From: a virus
Virus record (IMG/VR): IMGVR_UViG_3300043688_000007
Length of the DNA: 64,000 bases
Direction: 5' to 3' (one strand)
Shown: positions 1-9,781 of the stretch, in pieces
Position numbering within the stretch: position 1 is the stretch's first letter
Layout: each line of letters opens with the position of its first letter
Notes under the pieces: generated by a model
Seen by the model: the letters and a program-made list of their open reading frames with translations, nothing else
The model's database searches: none
Told to the model about the DNA's origin: nothing
Position numbers and translations under genes: made by a program

Positions 1-2
1 GG

Positions 3-3000
3 GGTGGGGGTGGCGGTATCATCGCTGGCATTGGTGCCCTGATTAGATCGCTCCCCGGTGGTACGTCAGGTTCTATTGCAGCTGTTCCGACCTCAGTCGG
101 CATACCGGCTGGTATTATTGCTGCGTCGGCGCTACCATTCATCGGGCAAATGCTAGCTGGTGTACCTATCGCTGCCGGAGGCGGTGCTCTAGCTGGACTA
201 GGCATCGCGGGCGCGTTCGGGATAGGCGGGACGAGCCCGCAACAGGTACAACAGGCCCGGTTGGCAAATCAGGCCGCTAACGCGCGGGTAACGGCGGCTC
301 TTGCTAGGGTCGCCCAGGCAAGAGGCGGGGGTGCCGCCGCGAGCCCTCTACAGATTCAAGCCGCTCAGGATCGGCTAGCCGCTGCACAGGCCAGGTTGGC
401 CACAGCGCGCAGTAGTGGTACGTCTGCGGCTGCAATCCTGAGCGCGGAGGCGGGGGTTGCGAGCGCGCAGGATCGAATTAACAGGCTACGCGGTACTGGC
501 AAGGTGAACACCGCTCAGCTAGCGGCGGCGGAAGCTCAGTTGGCGGGCGCTCGGGCAGCTCAGTCAAAGGCGAGTACCGCATACCATAAGGCGCAGCAGA
601 ACGAGATCACCAAGAACCAGATGGCGGCTCGCCAGGCGTTCATTGACCTGAAGAACACTGCCGTACAATCGCTGACGCAGATCGGCGCTCCTATGGCGCC
701 AGTAATGAAGCATATCGCTGATACAGCGCGGGGTGTGCTTCAAAAACTTACCCCCGTATTCAAAATAGTTGTTGCTGATATAGCCGGGCCATTCCAGACG
801 TTTGTCGATACTATTCTCAAAGCGTTTCAGGACCCGGCAACTCAGGCGGCGATCGAGGCTGTAGCAGGAGCTTTTGTAGATGTACTGAAGGCGTTTACCC
901 CTGATATCAAGGGGATAATGGATTCGTTCTCTGATGCAATCAGGCGCATCGCAGACTCTGTGGCTAAGAATCCGAAGGCGTTTGCCGACTTCTTGAACTT
1001 CGTGTTCCAGCTCGGCATTATGCTTCTAAACGCGGTCGCATACCTGTCAGACTTTGCATCGTACATCGAGCAACACTTCATTCCTGCGGTTCATCATGTC
1101 ATTAACTTCTTCAAGGGCATTGGCATTAACCTCGGAAAATTCTGGCACGCTGTCATCGACAACTTCAAACAGTCAATCGGCATCATCATCGACATACTGA
1201 AGTTTTTCCGCGACATATGGACAGGTCACTGGTCTGCGGCGGGACACGACATAGTAGACATCGGTAAGCGCTTTTGGCGTATCATTGTCAACGACTTCAA
1301 AGTTATTATCCCTGATCTACTACGCCTAATGGGCTATCTCGGTTCCCATTTGGTTAGTATTGCCAAGGGTGCGTTTGATCATCTATGGTGGCTGATCCTC
1401 AACATAGGTGACCGAGGACGTCACTCGGTAGCCAATCAGTGGGACCAGTTCCGGCATGATATGGCGACCATAGCTACCCATATTTGGCATGATATAACTG
1501 GGTTCTTTAGTTTGATGTGGCATCAAATACTCGGTGACTTCGATACGTTTAACAGAGCATATCTTGGTGCACTCAATAAGTTCAAAAACATGGTCCTGGG
1601 GTTTTTCAGGGATGCTATCAACTGGCTGTCAAGTGCTGGATCCAGTGTTATCCATGGTATGCTCAACGGTATCGACAATGCCATGAAAGATATCGGCAAC
1701 TGGGTCAAGAAGCATATCGTTAATCCGATCGTCAATTGGGTGAAGCATCACTTCGGCATCGCGTCGCCGTCGACAGTAATGATGGGGCTCGGCGTAAACC
1801 TCATCGAGGGCCTGCTTAGGGGCCTGATGAAGAACTCTGGTAACGTCGGCAAGATCGTGCTGAAGATATTCGGCTCCATCCCCAACGCGCTCGGGGCTAT
1901 TGTTGGTAAGGGCCTCATCGCCTTGGAGAAGCTACCTGCGAGCGCGATTAAGCTACTCGGTAGCGTAGGCGGCAAGATTGGCGGGTTCTTCTCGCACCTG
2001 TTCCACGGTGGCCCTGCCGGCCAAGGTGTTATGCGCTGGGCGGATCTTGTCAAGGTAGCCCTCATGCTGAACAACCTTCCCGACTCGCTCGCGGGCCGGG
2101 TACTATACCAGATGCAAACTGAAAGCGGTGGCAACCCGAACGCGATCAACCTCTGGGATATCAATGCTCAGCGTGGTGACCCGTCACGCGGATTGATGCA
2201 GGTTATTGGCTCGACGTTCGCGGCGTACCACGTACCAGGTACGTCGATGAATATCTATGATCCGCTCGCCAATATCGCTGCTGCCATCAACTACGCGAAG
2301 CATGTATACGGCCCTGGCCTTGGCGCGCTCGGCTCTGGTCACGGATATGCTGCTGGCACCGGCGGCGCTACACCTGGCTGGGCCTGGGTCGGAGAGCGTG
2401 GCCCAGAGCTAGTCAACTTTAGTGGCGGCGAGACCGTAATCCCAGCAATTAGGCTTGGAGGCTACGCTAGCGGAACATTGTCTGCGGCTGAGGCTATTGC
2501 CGCCCATAATAAGGCACTAGCTGAAGCAACGGCCGCTGCCCATCGATCGCAAGCCATGGCCATAGCGGCGGCTAACAAGATGGCTAATGCGGGCGCTACC
2601 CTCGCAGCGCGGATAGCAGCGATTACAGCCAAAACAACTCCCGCTACTTGGACAACGGACTTGAGGCTATTCTTCAAGGACCTGCGTCTCTACTTCAGCC
2701 CGAAGACTGCCGAAGCTCGGAGCAAGCTAGTCCAGTCGCAGATCAACCAGATGAAGTCGCTTCAGACGAGCATCACAAAGATGGATGCGAACATCACTAA
2801 CGCCATTGCATTCCAGAAGCAGCAGTACAGCCAGCTCCGCGCGCAGACGGGTATCGGTACGATCGGCATTCAAGGCGTCGGGGCCGCAGGCGGGCGCTCG
2901 ATCCTGGCCGGCCTACAGCGGAACCTGTCTTCGGCGCGGAGCTTCGGCCTGGCTATCCGCGACTTGTCAAGGGCTGGCGCCTCGCAGGCTGTGCTCAAGA

Positions 3001-3668
3001 CAGTAGCGGCAATGGACCCCGCGTCAGGCTCGGTCTACGCGCGCAAGATGATCAGCGCGCTGAACAAGATGCATTCGATGAAGCTCTCGCCCGAGATGAT
3101 CAACCAGCTCGTCGCGCTTGGGCCGGATGCCGCGCTCGCATATATCAACGCGATTCAGGCGGGTGGGCCATCGCTCCTGAAGCAGGTCAAGTCGACTGAG
3201 GCTGCGCTCGAAGCCGCGCGGGTGTCGACCTCGCGTGGGATAACGTCGGTTGTCTCGGGTGGCGCGTACGTTACTGGTGTTAACTTTGTGGCTGGGCTCA
3301 AGTCGCAGCAGAAAGCACTGGAGAAGCAGTTCGCCCATCTAGGCAAGGTGCTAGGCGAGGAGGCAATCAAGTGGATGGGCGTACCGTATAGCAAGCGCCC
3401 GCGCGGGTACGCTAGCGGTGGCTGGCTCAACGAGCCTGTAACCGGGTACGGCCTCTATTCGGGAGCAACGTACACATTCGCTGAGCATGGCCGAGAATAT
3501 GTCATACCCGAAGGTGGCCCGACGCGCGGAGGCGATGGTGGTACGCAGTACATCGCTCACTTCGATGGTCTAACTCGTGAGGCGATTGAGTCTCATGTTC
3601 GTACGGCATTTAATGCTATGGCCTTGACACAGGGCGCGCTACAACGGAACGGTAGGAGGTCATTATGA
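3..3668 (+). CDS. Tape measure protein, 5' end outside window, with embedded lytic transglycosylase (SLT-like) domain
   Basis: Frame is open from nt 3 (GGGGGIIAGIGAL... precedes the listed ATG at 150), so the gene enters from upstream. More than 1170 aa, with an Ala-rich coiled N part and an aromatic/hydrophobic middle. YQMQTESGGNPNAINLWDINAQRGDPSRGLMQVIGSTF resembles the SLT catalytic region. Followed by tail-tip genes. Confidence 0.9.
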   Translation, partial: GGGGGIIAGIGALIRSLPGGTSGSIAAVPTSVGIPAGIIAASALPFIGQMLAGVPIAAGGGALAGLGIAGAFGIGGTSPQQVQQARLANQAANARVTAALARVAQARGGGAAASPLQIQAAQDRLAAAQARLATARSSGTSAAAILSAEAGVASAQDRINRLRGTGKVNTAQLAAAEAQLAGARAAQSKASTAYHKAQQNEITKNQMAARQAFIDLKNTAVQSLTQIGAPMAPVMKHIADTARGVLQKLTPVFKIVVADIAGPFQTFVDTILKAFQDPATQAAIEAVAGAFVDVLKAFTPDIKGIMDSFSDAIRRIADSVAKNPKAFADFLNFVFQLGIMLLNAVAYLSDFASYIEQHFIPAVHHVINFFKGIGINLGKFWHAVIDNFKQSIGIIIDILKFFRDIWTGHWSAAGHDIVDIGKRFWRIIVNDFKVIIPDLLRLMGYLGSHLVSIAKGAFDHLWWLILNIGDRGRHSVANQWDQFRHDMATIATHIWHDITGFFSLMWHQILGDFDTFNRAYLGALNKFKNMVLGFFRDAINWLSSAGSSVIHGMLNGIDNAMKDIGNWVKKHIVNPIVNWVKHHFGIASPSTVMMGLGVNLIEGLLRGLMKNSGNVGKIVLKIFGSIPNALGAIVGKGLIALEKLPASAIKLLGSVGGKIGGFFSHLFHGGPAGQGVMRWADLVKVALMLNNLPDSLAGRVLYQMQTESGGNPNAINLWDINAQRGDPSRGLMQVIGSTFAAYHVPGTSMNIYDPLANIAAAINYAKHVYGPGLGALGSGHGYAAGTGGATPGWAWVGERGPELVNFSGGETVIPAIRLGGYASGTLSAAEAIAAHNKALAEATAAAHRSQAMAIAAANKMANAGATLAARIAAITAKTTPATWTTDLRLFFKDLRLYFSPKTAEARSKLVQSQINQMKSLQTSITKMDANITNAIAFQKQQYSQLRAQTGIGTIGIQGVGAAGGRSILAGLQRNLSSARSFGLAIRDLSRAGASQAVLKTVAAMDPASGSVYARKMISALNKMHSMKLSPEMINQLVALGPDAALAYINAIQAGGPSLLKQVKSTEAALEAARVSTSRGITSVVSGGAYVTGVNFVAGLKSQQKALEKQFAHLGKVLGEEAIKWMGVPYSKRPRGYASGGWLNEPVTGYGLYSGATYTFAEHGREYVIPEGGPTRGGDGGTQYIAHFDGLTREAIESHVRTAFNAMALTQGALQRNGRRSL

Positions 3669-4564
3669 GTACGCCACCGACACCGCTCCAGATTGATTAC
3701 ATTGATCCGGATGGCTTCGACTGGGATCTCAGCGACCTGTCGATGTCCAAGGGATACGTCTGTTCGGTCATAAACGGCATCGAGGGTATGCCGGTAGCTA
3801 TGACTACGATTCCGCTACTCGACGGCACGGCTATTCCAAACACGTACCTTCCGCAGCCTGGCACAATAAACCTTGCTATACTAATTGGGCGTCCATCTAG
3901 CGATAATGAGAATGACTATTATACTCTGCTGGACCGGATTAACCGGGCATTCACTAACCGCAGGAATGATGCGCCAGCCCCGGGCTACATCCAGATCCAG
4001 AGGCCGGACGGTACGGTTAGGCAGATAGTCGTTTACACTACATCAGGTCTCAATACGCCGGATACTGTAGGCGTTACCAACTATACCGTGTATGTGTTTA
4101 CGCTCCAGACTCCAGATCCGTTCTGGCAGGACCTTACTCCGCAATCACTAACGTTCGGTATGCCTAATGCCGCCGGTATCCTACCTCTGCTGCCGGTTGG
4201 ATTCTCAGGCCAGGTTATCGGCAATAACACTATTGTGAACAATGGCCTGGCCTCGGCCTGGCCGCTCTGGACGATTACCGGACCCGGTACGCCTACTATC
4301 AAGAACATAACGACGGGCAGGCAGTGGTCGCTTAACACCCCTATACCGACCGGCAATGTTATACAGGTAGCAACCAAGCCTGGCACCCAGATGGCCGTGA
4401 ACACTACGACCTCGGCTAACATATGGGACCAGCTCGTCCTTTCGTCTCTCCGCGACCTCTGGCCACTAGTTCCTGGAACGAACCAGATCAATGTAACCAT
4501 GGCCGGTTCCTCAGCGAACTCAGCTATTGGCCTAACTTGGACCAACAGATGGCTGAGGGCTTAG
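3665..4564 (+). CDS. Distal tail protein (Dit-like) / minor tail protein
   Basis: ATGA overlap with the tape measure stop. 299-aa beta-rich protein in the canonical slot after the TMP. Assignment is positional. Confidence 0.6.
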   Translation: MSTPPTPLQIDYIDPDGFDWDLSDLSMSKGYVCSVINGIEGMPVAMTTIPLLDGTAIPNTYLPQPGTINLAILIGRPSSDNENDYYTLLDRINRAFTNRRNDAPAPGYIQIQRPDGTVRQIVVYTTSGLNTPDTVGVTNYTVYVFTLQTPDPFWQDLTPQSLTFGMPNAAGILPLLPVGFSGQVIGNNTIVNNGLASAWPLWTITGPGTPTIKNITTGRQWSLNTPIPTGNVIQVATKPGTQMAVNTTTSANIWDQLVLSSLRDLWPLVPGTNQINVTMAGSSANSAIGLTWTNRWLRA

Positions 4565-4588
4565 ACATGTACATAGAGGAGGTGTGAA

Positions 4589-6592
4589 TTGCCGATTCTC
4601 CCGCTTCTGCCTATAAGCCTTCCCGGTCAGGAGCTAGTAGGTTCATCATCCACTTCCTCCGGTGCTAATGGTGCCATAGTCTCGACACTTAGTATCTCTG
4701 GCTCCGCGTCGCCAGTATCGTCTGCAAGTGGCGTTCTCGGCCTGAATGCTATAGCATCCGGCTCGTCGTCTGCTGCATCAAGTGCTAATGGCAATCTCGC
4801 CGCTAAGCTTATCATTGCCGGTTCATCCTCGGCAGTATCCGCCGCTAACGGTGCTATGGCCCTTGTCGGTATACTGGCGGGATCGTCCTCTACCACGTCG
4901 AGCGCCAGCGGTTCAGTTACAAGAGTGACTCCGCTCGCGGGGTCGGCATCATCATCAAGCTCTGGCTCCGGCGCGGTAACCATACAGACCGGTCCGCAGA
5001 CATACCCTATAACTGGAACTTCGACCGCTACATCTGCGGCCAACGGCTCGGTAACGCAGATCATCATCATATCGGCTACGTCCGTACAGCTAGTGTCGGC
5101 GGCAGGGTTCATTGTTCAGTTTATCCTGATCTCCGCGTCGTCTAGCACGCCATCCTCGGCGGTCGGAAGCTTCGCCGCTGTCACCAGCATAGTTAGCGGT
5201 ACCGCGTCGAGCGCATCATCAGCGGCTGGGACCTTCAAGCCGACTGTCCTTCTCACCAGCGGTATATCTATATCTGCATCTTGGGCGCAGGGAGGTTTCA
5301 TGGGAGCTACTACCTATGACGTCAATTCACTGACGCGGAACTATTCAGCCGGTCTAGGCGCACTCCTGCCCGGTTCTGTATACGTGCCTCCATCCTCTGG
5401 TTCATACAATGAGGTATGGGTCGAGGTGCTCAACAGCAACCTTGTCAGCATGGGGCCAGTTCAGTTCATCAGTCTGACAGCCCAGCTCTATTACAATGCT
5501 GTCGGCTCCTGGACCGTAACCGTTCCGTACAGCGACGGGCTATGGAACCTTATGATGTCCGGAGATCTCATTGTCCATATAAACTGGCGCGGACTGTTTA
5601 CATTCGGCGGCAAGTGCGAGTCGCCTGGATATAATGACTCCGTACCGGGAGCGGCTAGCGGGTCCTCCGTTGCCGGACCCTATATAACCCTCTCGGGCGC
5701 GGACTATCTCGCCCTAATCGCGAACCGGATAGCTTACCCGAGCCCTGGCGCAGCATGGAACGCCCAGACGGCCGCCGCGTCGGACCCAGTTAGCAACGTT
5801 AAGCTAGAGACGGCTATCAAGCATTACGTCACTAACAACATAGGGTCCGGTACCGTAGTGGCCAGGCGTATGACGCTGCTAGATGTAGCCGCCGACCTTG
5901 GACGCGGAGTGAACGTTAGCTACACAGTCAAGTTTGGCAGCGGAGTCAACCTCAACTTGCTCGACGTTATCCGTGCTCTCATATCGCAGGCGAATACAAC
6001 GATGGGAGTCAAGATCACTCGGAACGCATCGACGCACAGGCTCACGTTCGATGTATACATTCCGCGCGACCTGACTGGCAAGGCCTGGTTCAGCGAATCA
6101 CTAGGCAACCTCACGGCTATCAATTTTAGCATACAGGACCCGACCGTGACCGACTCGCTAGTCCAGGGCTCCGGTACCACGTTTGTGCAGAGGACCGCAT
6201 CCGGACGGACGCAGTGGAACTCAGTCGAGGCGTACAGCGATAGCTCTAGCGAGACAGATATCAACAACATCAATACTACCGCGCAGGACTCGCTGCTACA
6301 AGGGGCGGCTGGGCCGACTATGAGCCTGACTGCTATCGACATACCATTCCTTACGTACGGCCGAGACTACGGACTGGGCGACAAGGTATCCGTGGAGGTC
6401 CGGCCAGGCGTAGTGTACAGCGACATAGTTACGGGCGTTACGCTAACTGCAGATCCGTCGCAGTCGCCGGAGATAACAGTCGTGCCTACTATAGGGCAAT
6501 CATCTAACCCGACCGCTACCGACCAGACCGCAATAGGCCAGCTTACCGCGAGGATTCGAAAGCTGGAGAAACTACTATCAACATCGATGTGA
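4589..6592 (+). CDS. Minor tail protein (tail-tip, Tal-like position) with N-terminal 20-residue Ser/Gly repeats
   Basis: TTG start shortly after GAGGAGG. Residues ~15-230 carry about 10 copies of h-x-G-S-S-x3-S-S-A-S/N-G-x-h, the same repeat as in 58615..62208. The C-terminal ~430 aa are globular. Confidence 0.7.
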   Translation: MPILPLLPISLPGQELVGSSSTSSGANGAIVSTLSISGSASPVSSASGVLGLNAIASGSSSAASSANGNLAAKLIIAGSSSAVSAANGAMALVGILAGSSSTTSSASGSVTRVTPLAGSASSSSSGSGAVTIQTGPQTYPITGTSTATSAANGSVTQIIIISATSVQLVSAAGFIVQFILISASSSTPSSAVGSFAAVTSIVSGTASSASSAAGTFKPTVLLTSGISISASWAQGGFMGATTYDVNSLTRNYSAGLGALLPGSVYVPPSSGSYNEVWVEVLNSNLVSMGPVQFISLTAQLYYNAVGSWTVTVPYSDGLWNLMMSGDLIVHINWRGLFTFGGKCESPGYNDSVPGAASGSSVAGPYITLSGADYLALIANRIAYPSPGAAWNAQTAAASDPVSNVKLETAIKHYVTNNIGSGTVVARRMTLLDVAADLGRGVNVSYTVKFGSGVNLNLLDVIRALISQANTTMGVKITRNASTHRLTFDVYIPRDLTGKAWFSESLGNLTAINFSIQDPTVTDSLVQGSGTTFVQRTASGRTQWNSVEAYSDSSSETDINNINTTAQDSLLQGAAGPTMSLTAIDIPFLTYGRDYGLGDKVSVEVRPGVVYSDIVTGVTLTADPSQSPEITVVPTIGQSSNPTATDQTAIGQLTARIRKLEKLLSTSM

Positions 6593-6598
6593 GGAATC

Positions 6599-7588
6599 AT
6601 GGCAGTTTACGATGCGCGACCCAGTGCTTTCACCCAGATGTCTACGACGGCTGAGTGGGAAAACTTCCTGTCTGGGATGGGTATCTTTGACGGAATTGAC
6701 CCCAGTCAGGGTAGTGCGATGGCGCCATCGCTTGATACTCCCGGACGTAACGCCGTGATAGCGGCAGGGAATGCACTGATAAAGGGACAGCTGTGGCGCT
6801 GCGATGCCTCTGTCTCTACGGCCATCCCGGCCGCCTCTGCACAGGACAGGATAGACAGGCTCGTTATCCGGCTTACCCGGACGGCCTCTACTTCACCGAC
6901 GGTAATCCAGCCAGTAATTATCACCGGTACTCCATCCGGCTCACCGGTAGAGCCTCCACTGGTTCAGACCACTACTGGTATCTTTGACATACCGGTAGCC
7001 CGTTGGACATCCACTGCGGCCGGGGCTATAACAAGCTTGGTCGATGAGCGGCAGTTCTCTAGGCAGCAATTGCTGGCCTATAAGGCTGCTAGCCTAGGCC
7101 GGGCTAGCCTTACCTCCCTGACGAATGACCCTGACCTACAGGTCATCGTGTCAGCTAATGCCGTATACATAGTAGAGGCATTCCTGTCATACAACACGCT
7201 CGCGGCCAGCGGCATAGGGTTTGCGTTCGGCTGGTTCGCGCCGTCTGGATTCGGCGGTCGTGTTGGTGTTACCTACAGGATGTCAGGGGATACTGCAACA
7301 GTAGGCGGTGGTGGTCCGGCGAGTACTGTCGATCTGCTATGGAACGAACATTGCGATAATGGCGGACCGTGGGGTGCAGGGGCAACCCCTGGCGATAACA
7401 AGAATCATTCCGTCATGGTAAATGGGCTCCTTACCCTCGGTGCAAACGGTGGGCCGTTCGGGCTCAGGTGGTGTCAGGATGCGTCAAATGTGACCGCACT
7501 TACCCTCAACCTGGGATCATGGCTAAGTCTTACGAGGGTGTCGTTATGGTGCATATTGATCTTGGCCCTAATACGCCTAGGATCATAA
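6599..7588 (+). CDS. Minor tail protein (possible receptor-binding protein)
   Basis: GAGGAA RBS. 329-aa Gly/Thr/Ser-rich beta protein, third in the tail-tip block. The last ~20 codons (VSLWCILILALIRLGS) look non-native and overlap the next ORF, so the 3' end is uncertain. Confidence 0.6.
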   Translation: MAVYDARPSAFTQMSTTAEWENFLSGMGIFDGIDPSQGSAMAPSLDTPGRNAVIAAGNALIKGQLWRCDASVSTAIPAASAQDRIDRLVIRLTRTASTSPTVIQPVIITGTPSGSPVEPPLVQTTTGIFDIPVARWTSTAAGAITSLVDERQFSRQQLLAYKAASLGRASLTSLTNDPDLQVIVSANAVYIVEAFLSYNTLAASGIGFAFGWFAPSGFGGRVGVTYRMSGDTATVGGGGPASTVDLLWNEHCDNGGPWGAGATPGDNKNHSVMVNGLLTLGANGGPFGLRWCQDASNVTALTLNLGSWLSLTRVSLWCILILALIRLGS

Positions 7589-7668
7589 TGATCCTTATCG
7601 GCATCGCTATCGTCGGGTGGATCATACTGGAACTAGCGACGACAGCATACGTAATCGATCACGTATAA
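7546..7668 (+). CDS. Small single-pass membrane protein (holin-like candidate)
   Basis: MVHIDLGPNTPRIIMILIGIAIVGWIILELATTAYVIDHV. GAGGGTG lies 5 nt upstream of ATG 7546. An alternative start at 7588 sits in a TAATG overlap with the upstream stop. Located just before the endolysin. Confidence 0.45.
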   Translation: MVHIDLGPNTPRIIMILIGIAIVGWIILELATTAYVIDHV

Positions 7669-7677
7669 GGAGGTCAC

Positions 7678-7896
7678 ATGCCTAAGCGACTGGTCAGATT
7701 CGGGGGCCGGTTCAGAAGCGACGAACTAGAGCGCGGGGAGATCGACCTAGAGCTACCCGAACCTAACCCTAATCCGCCGCCGGAAGACGAACGAGCTGAG
7801 CCCTGGGCTCTAGACGCGGGCTCTACCGAGCCGAAGCATCATAGACTACGCGACCGGCTAGAACATTACTGGAGGCATACCAGTGGTAACAATTAA
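7678..7896 (+). CDS. Hypothetical protein (charged, Pro-rich)
   Basis: AAGGAGG 4 nt upstream of the ATG. 72 aa, no recognisable domain. Confidence 0.5.
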   Translation: MPKRLVRFGGRFRSDELERGEIDLELPEPNPNPPPEDERAEPWALDAGSTEPKHHRLRDRLEHYWRHTSGNN

Positions 7897-7906
7897 GGAG
7901 AAGTGG

Positions 7907-8707
7907 ATGCCTTCTCCGAACTACTCTACATCTCGGAGTGGGTATAACAAGATCGTACTTCACACCACTGAAGGCGCGATGGATATCACGTCTCTCGGCA
8001 ACTGGTTTGCCAATCCGTCGGCAGGATGCTCATCCCATCATGGCGCGGATAACAGCGGCGATGTGTTCGGCGCGTACGTGTACGAGAATCACAAAGCCTG
8101 GACACAGGGCAATGCGAACCCGTATTGCCTTTCGCTGGAGATGTGCGCCTACGCTTCCTGGTCACGGAGTACATGGATCAATTCCAAGGGCAGGCTCCTC
8201 GATAACGCCGCGCTCTGGATACGGTACTGTGTTGACAAGTACGGCGTACCGTGGACGGTTCTAAACAACACGCAGGCTCAAGACCCGAATGTACGCGGTA
8301 TCTGTGAGCATGTCAATTTCGGTTCATGGGGCTCTGGGCATCACGACTGTGGCTCTGGTTTCCCCATGGATGTCGTTATCGATAAGGCCAAGAAATTGGG
8401 CAGCTCCGGTAGCGCGCCCAGTACGGAGGAGTACATGAGTACTGTCGCAATTGACTATGACCCATCCGGCGCGGCTCACATGGCCTGCATCGGAGACAAT
8501 CACCGAGTCTACTACAAGCCGCCTGACTCCACGTCCTGGCGCTCATGCGATGACGGTTCATACTCAATTCATGGAGTGGGCATCTCAGTCAAGGAGGGGC
8601 GTATCACTATAGTATACACAAACAAGGGCCACAACGCCTGTTCATACCAGAGTACCGATAATGGGGCTTCATGGACATGGCATAATCACGGCGGTAATCT
8701 ACTGTAG
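7907..8707 (+). CDS. Endolysin: N-acetylmuramoyl-L-alanine amidase (amidase_2/PGRP-like) with C-terminal Asp-box-containing domain
   Basis: ATG 7907 is preceded by AAGGAG (the listed ORF start 7883 lacks an RBS). YNKIVLHTTEG...CSSHHGADNSGDVFGAYVYENHKAWTQGNANPYCLSLEM is typical of amidase_2. The C terminus carries QSTDNGASWTW (S-x-D-x-G-x-x-W Asp-box). Confidence 0.85.
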   Translation: MPSPNYSTSRSGYNKIVLHTTEGAMDITSLGNWFANPSAGCSSHHGADNSGDVFGAYVYENHKAWTQGNANPYCLSLEMCAYASWSRSTWINSKGRLLDNAALWIRYCVDKYGVPWTVLNNTQAQDPNVRGICEHVNFGSWGSGHHDCGSGFPMDVVIDKAKKLGSSGSAPSTEEYMSTVAIDYDPSGAAHMACIGDNHRVYYKPPDSTSWRSCDDGSYSIHGVGISVKEGRITIVYTNKGHNACSYQSTDNGASWTWHNHGGNLL

Positions 8708-8740
8708 CTATCGGCGAGGCGAATAACTACAAATACTTAG

Positions 8741-8774
8741 CTCGTTTAGATAGTAACCCTACTATCTAAACGAG
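8741..8774 (+). terminator. Perfect 15-bp-stem hairpin after endolysin; arms are copies of the 17-mer operator-like motif
   Basis: ctcgtttagatagta-accc-tactatctaaacgag. The arms match the GATAGTTTAGATAGTAC family found at 26984, 27033, 28401, 41137 and 41224. Confidence 0.6.
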
Positions 8775-8791
8775 GAAAACGGAGAGAACAA

Positions 8792-9070
8792 ATGGCAGTA
8801 TCGGTCGACTGTAATGTCGATAACGCAACGCCCGGACACGGCGACACAATCAAGTTCACCTACGTAGTGAACGGCAACGACACCATCGACCCGGCGCAAG
8901 ACACCATCTCCGGTGTGGCTACGATCGGCGGGCAGGACTTCGTCTGTACTACTACGATCACGCTACCCGGTACACCGGCCGCGTCAGAGAGCTTCGCGCA
9001 GCCGACAAGCGACAAGTTGTCGTTCACCTCGACCTCGGACCCGGCAGTCTTTACCGCTGTCGTGCCGTGA
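8792..9070 (+). CDS. Hypothetical protein, beta-sandwich-looking; first ORF carrying the I-x-GVATI-x-G...I-x-LP-x-T module
   Basis: GGAGAG RBS region. 92 aa. The motif ISGVATIGGQDFVCTTTITLPGT is repeated downstream in other frames. Confidence 0.6.
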   Translation: MAVSVDCNVDNATPGHGDTIKFTYVVNGNDTIDPAQDTISGVATIGGQDFVCTTTITLPGTPAASESFAQPTSDKLSFTSTSDPAVFTAVVP

Positions 9071-9160
9071 TCGAAGTCATCCACGGCGTAGCCACTATCG
9101 ACGGCGTGGAATATCCAGTCCAAGCAGAAATCGAACTACCAGACACGAAGGAGAACGAGG

Positions 9161-9382
9161 ATGACGTACGTGCCCGTGACACTCTGGGTTCCCGACACGG
9201 CCGACGCAAGCGGCACGACCCCGATGGTTGAGGAGATCAAGCTCAAGCTCTGCCCTACCTGCCATGTCCCTGTACCGCAGAAGCTCCTGTCCGACCACGA
9301 GGCCAAGCAGCACCCAGAGGCACCTCCCAGCGAGCCAGCCAACCCGATCGCTGAGCCGCCACCCGTAGCAGAACAACACTAG
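9161..9382 (+). CDS. Hypothetical protein with CPTCH motif and Pro-rich tail
   Basis: GAAGGAG RBS 7 nt upstream. The N terminus TYVPVTLWVPDT repeats the tail of the upstream module. Confidence 0.6.
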   Translation: MTYVPVTLWVPDTADASGTTPMVEEIKLKLCPTCHVPVPQKLLSDHEAKQHPEAPPSEPANPIAEPPPVAEQH

Positions 9383-9390
9383 GAGGCGCC

Positions 9391-9546
9391 ATGCCGGACA
9401 TCCTGATCAGGCTCCATCCGTTCGCAGATCTGGAGCATGCAACTACGGTCGCGGACGATATTCGTGAGGCTGGGAAAATCAGGTACATCAACGCTGAGAA
9501 CGCCGACGTTGAAGTCAACGTCGGGGATGTGACGGTGGAAGCATGA
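9391..9546 (+). CDS. Hypothetical small acidic protein (51 aa; below the ORF-track cutoff)
   Basis: AGGAGG 5 nt upstream. MPDILIRLHPFADLEHATTVADDIREAGKIRYINAENADVEVNVGDVTVEA. Its stop overlaps the next start (ATGA). Confidence 0.55.
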   Translation: MPDILIRLHPFADLEHATTVADDIREAGKIRYINAENADVEVNVGDVTVEA

Positions 9547-9728
9547 CACCCGCGCGGGCTGCCTGGCTGTTCGGCCTCATCGCCGTAGTGTTCCTGTTCC
9601 TCGCCACCCTCAAGGTGAGCGGCGTCGGCGGTCTAGCCAACTGGTTCGGCTGGGCTGGGCTCTGCTCACTGGCGGTTGGGTTCGTCTGCTGGACGTTCCC
9701 GTACCAGCCCCGGCCACCTGCCGTCTAG
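9543..9728 (+). CDS. Two-TM membrane protein, holin candidate
   Basis: AWLFGLIAVVFLFLATL and FGWAGLCSLAVGFVCWTF hydrophobic spans. Last gene of the + strand late block near the endolysin. ATGA coupling. Confidence 0.6.
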   Translation: MTPARAAWLFGLIAVVFLFLATLKVSGVGGLANWFGWAGLCSLAVGFVCWTFPYQPRPPAV

Positions 9729-9734
9729 CGATGG

Positions 9735-9779
9735 GAACGGCCGGCCAGACCTGTCTCGGGGGAATCTGACCGGCCGTTC
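9735..9779. terminator. Bidirectional hairpin between convergent late (+) and early (-) blocks
   Basis: gaacggccgg ... ccggccgttc, a 10-bp perfect stem with a ~25-nt loop, lying between the stops at 9728 (+) and 9782 (-). Confidence 0.5.
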
Positions 9780-9781
9780 GC

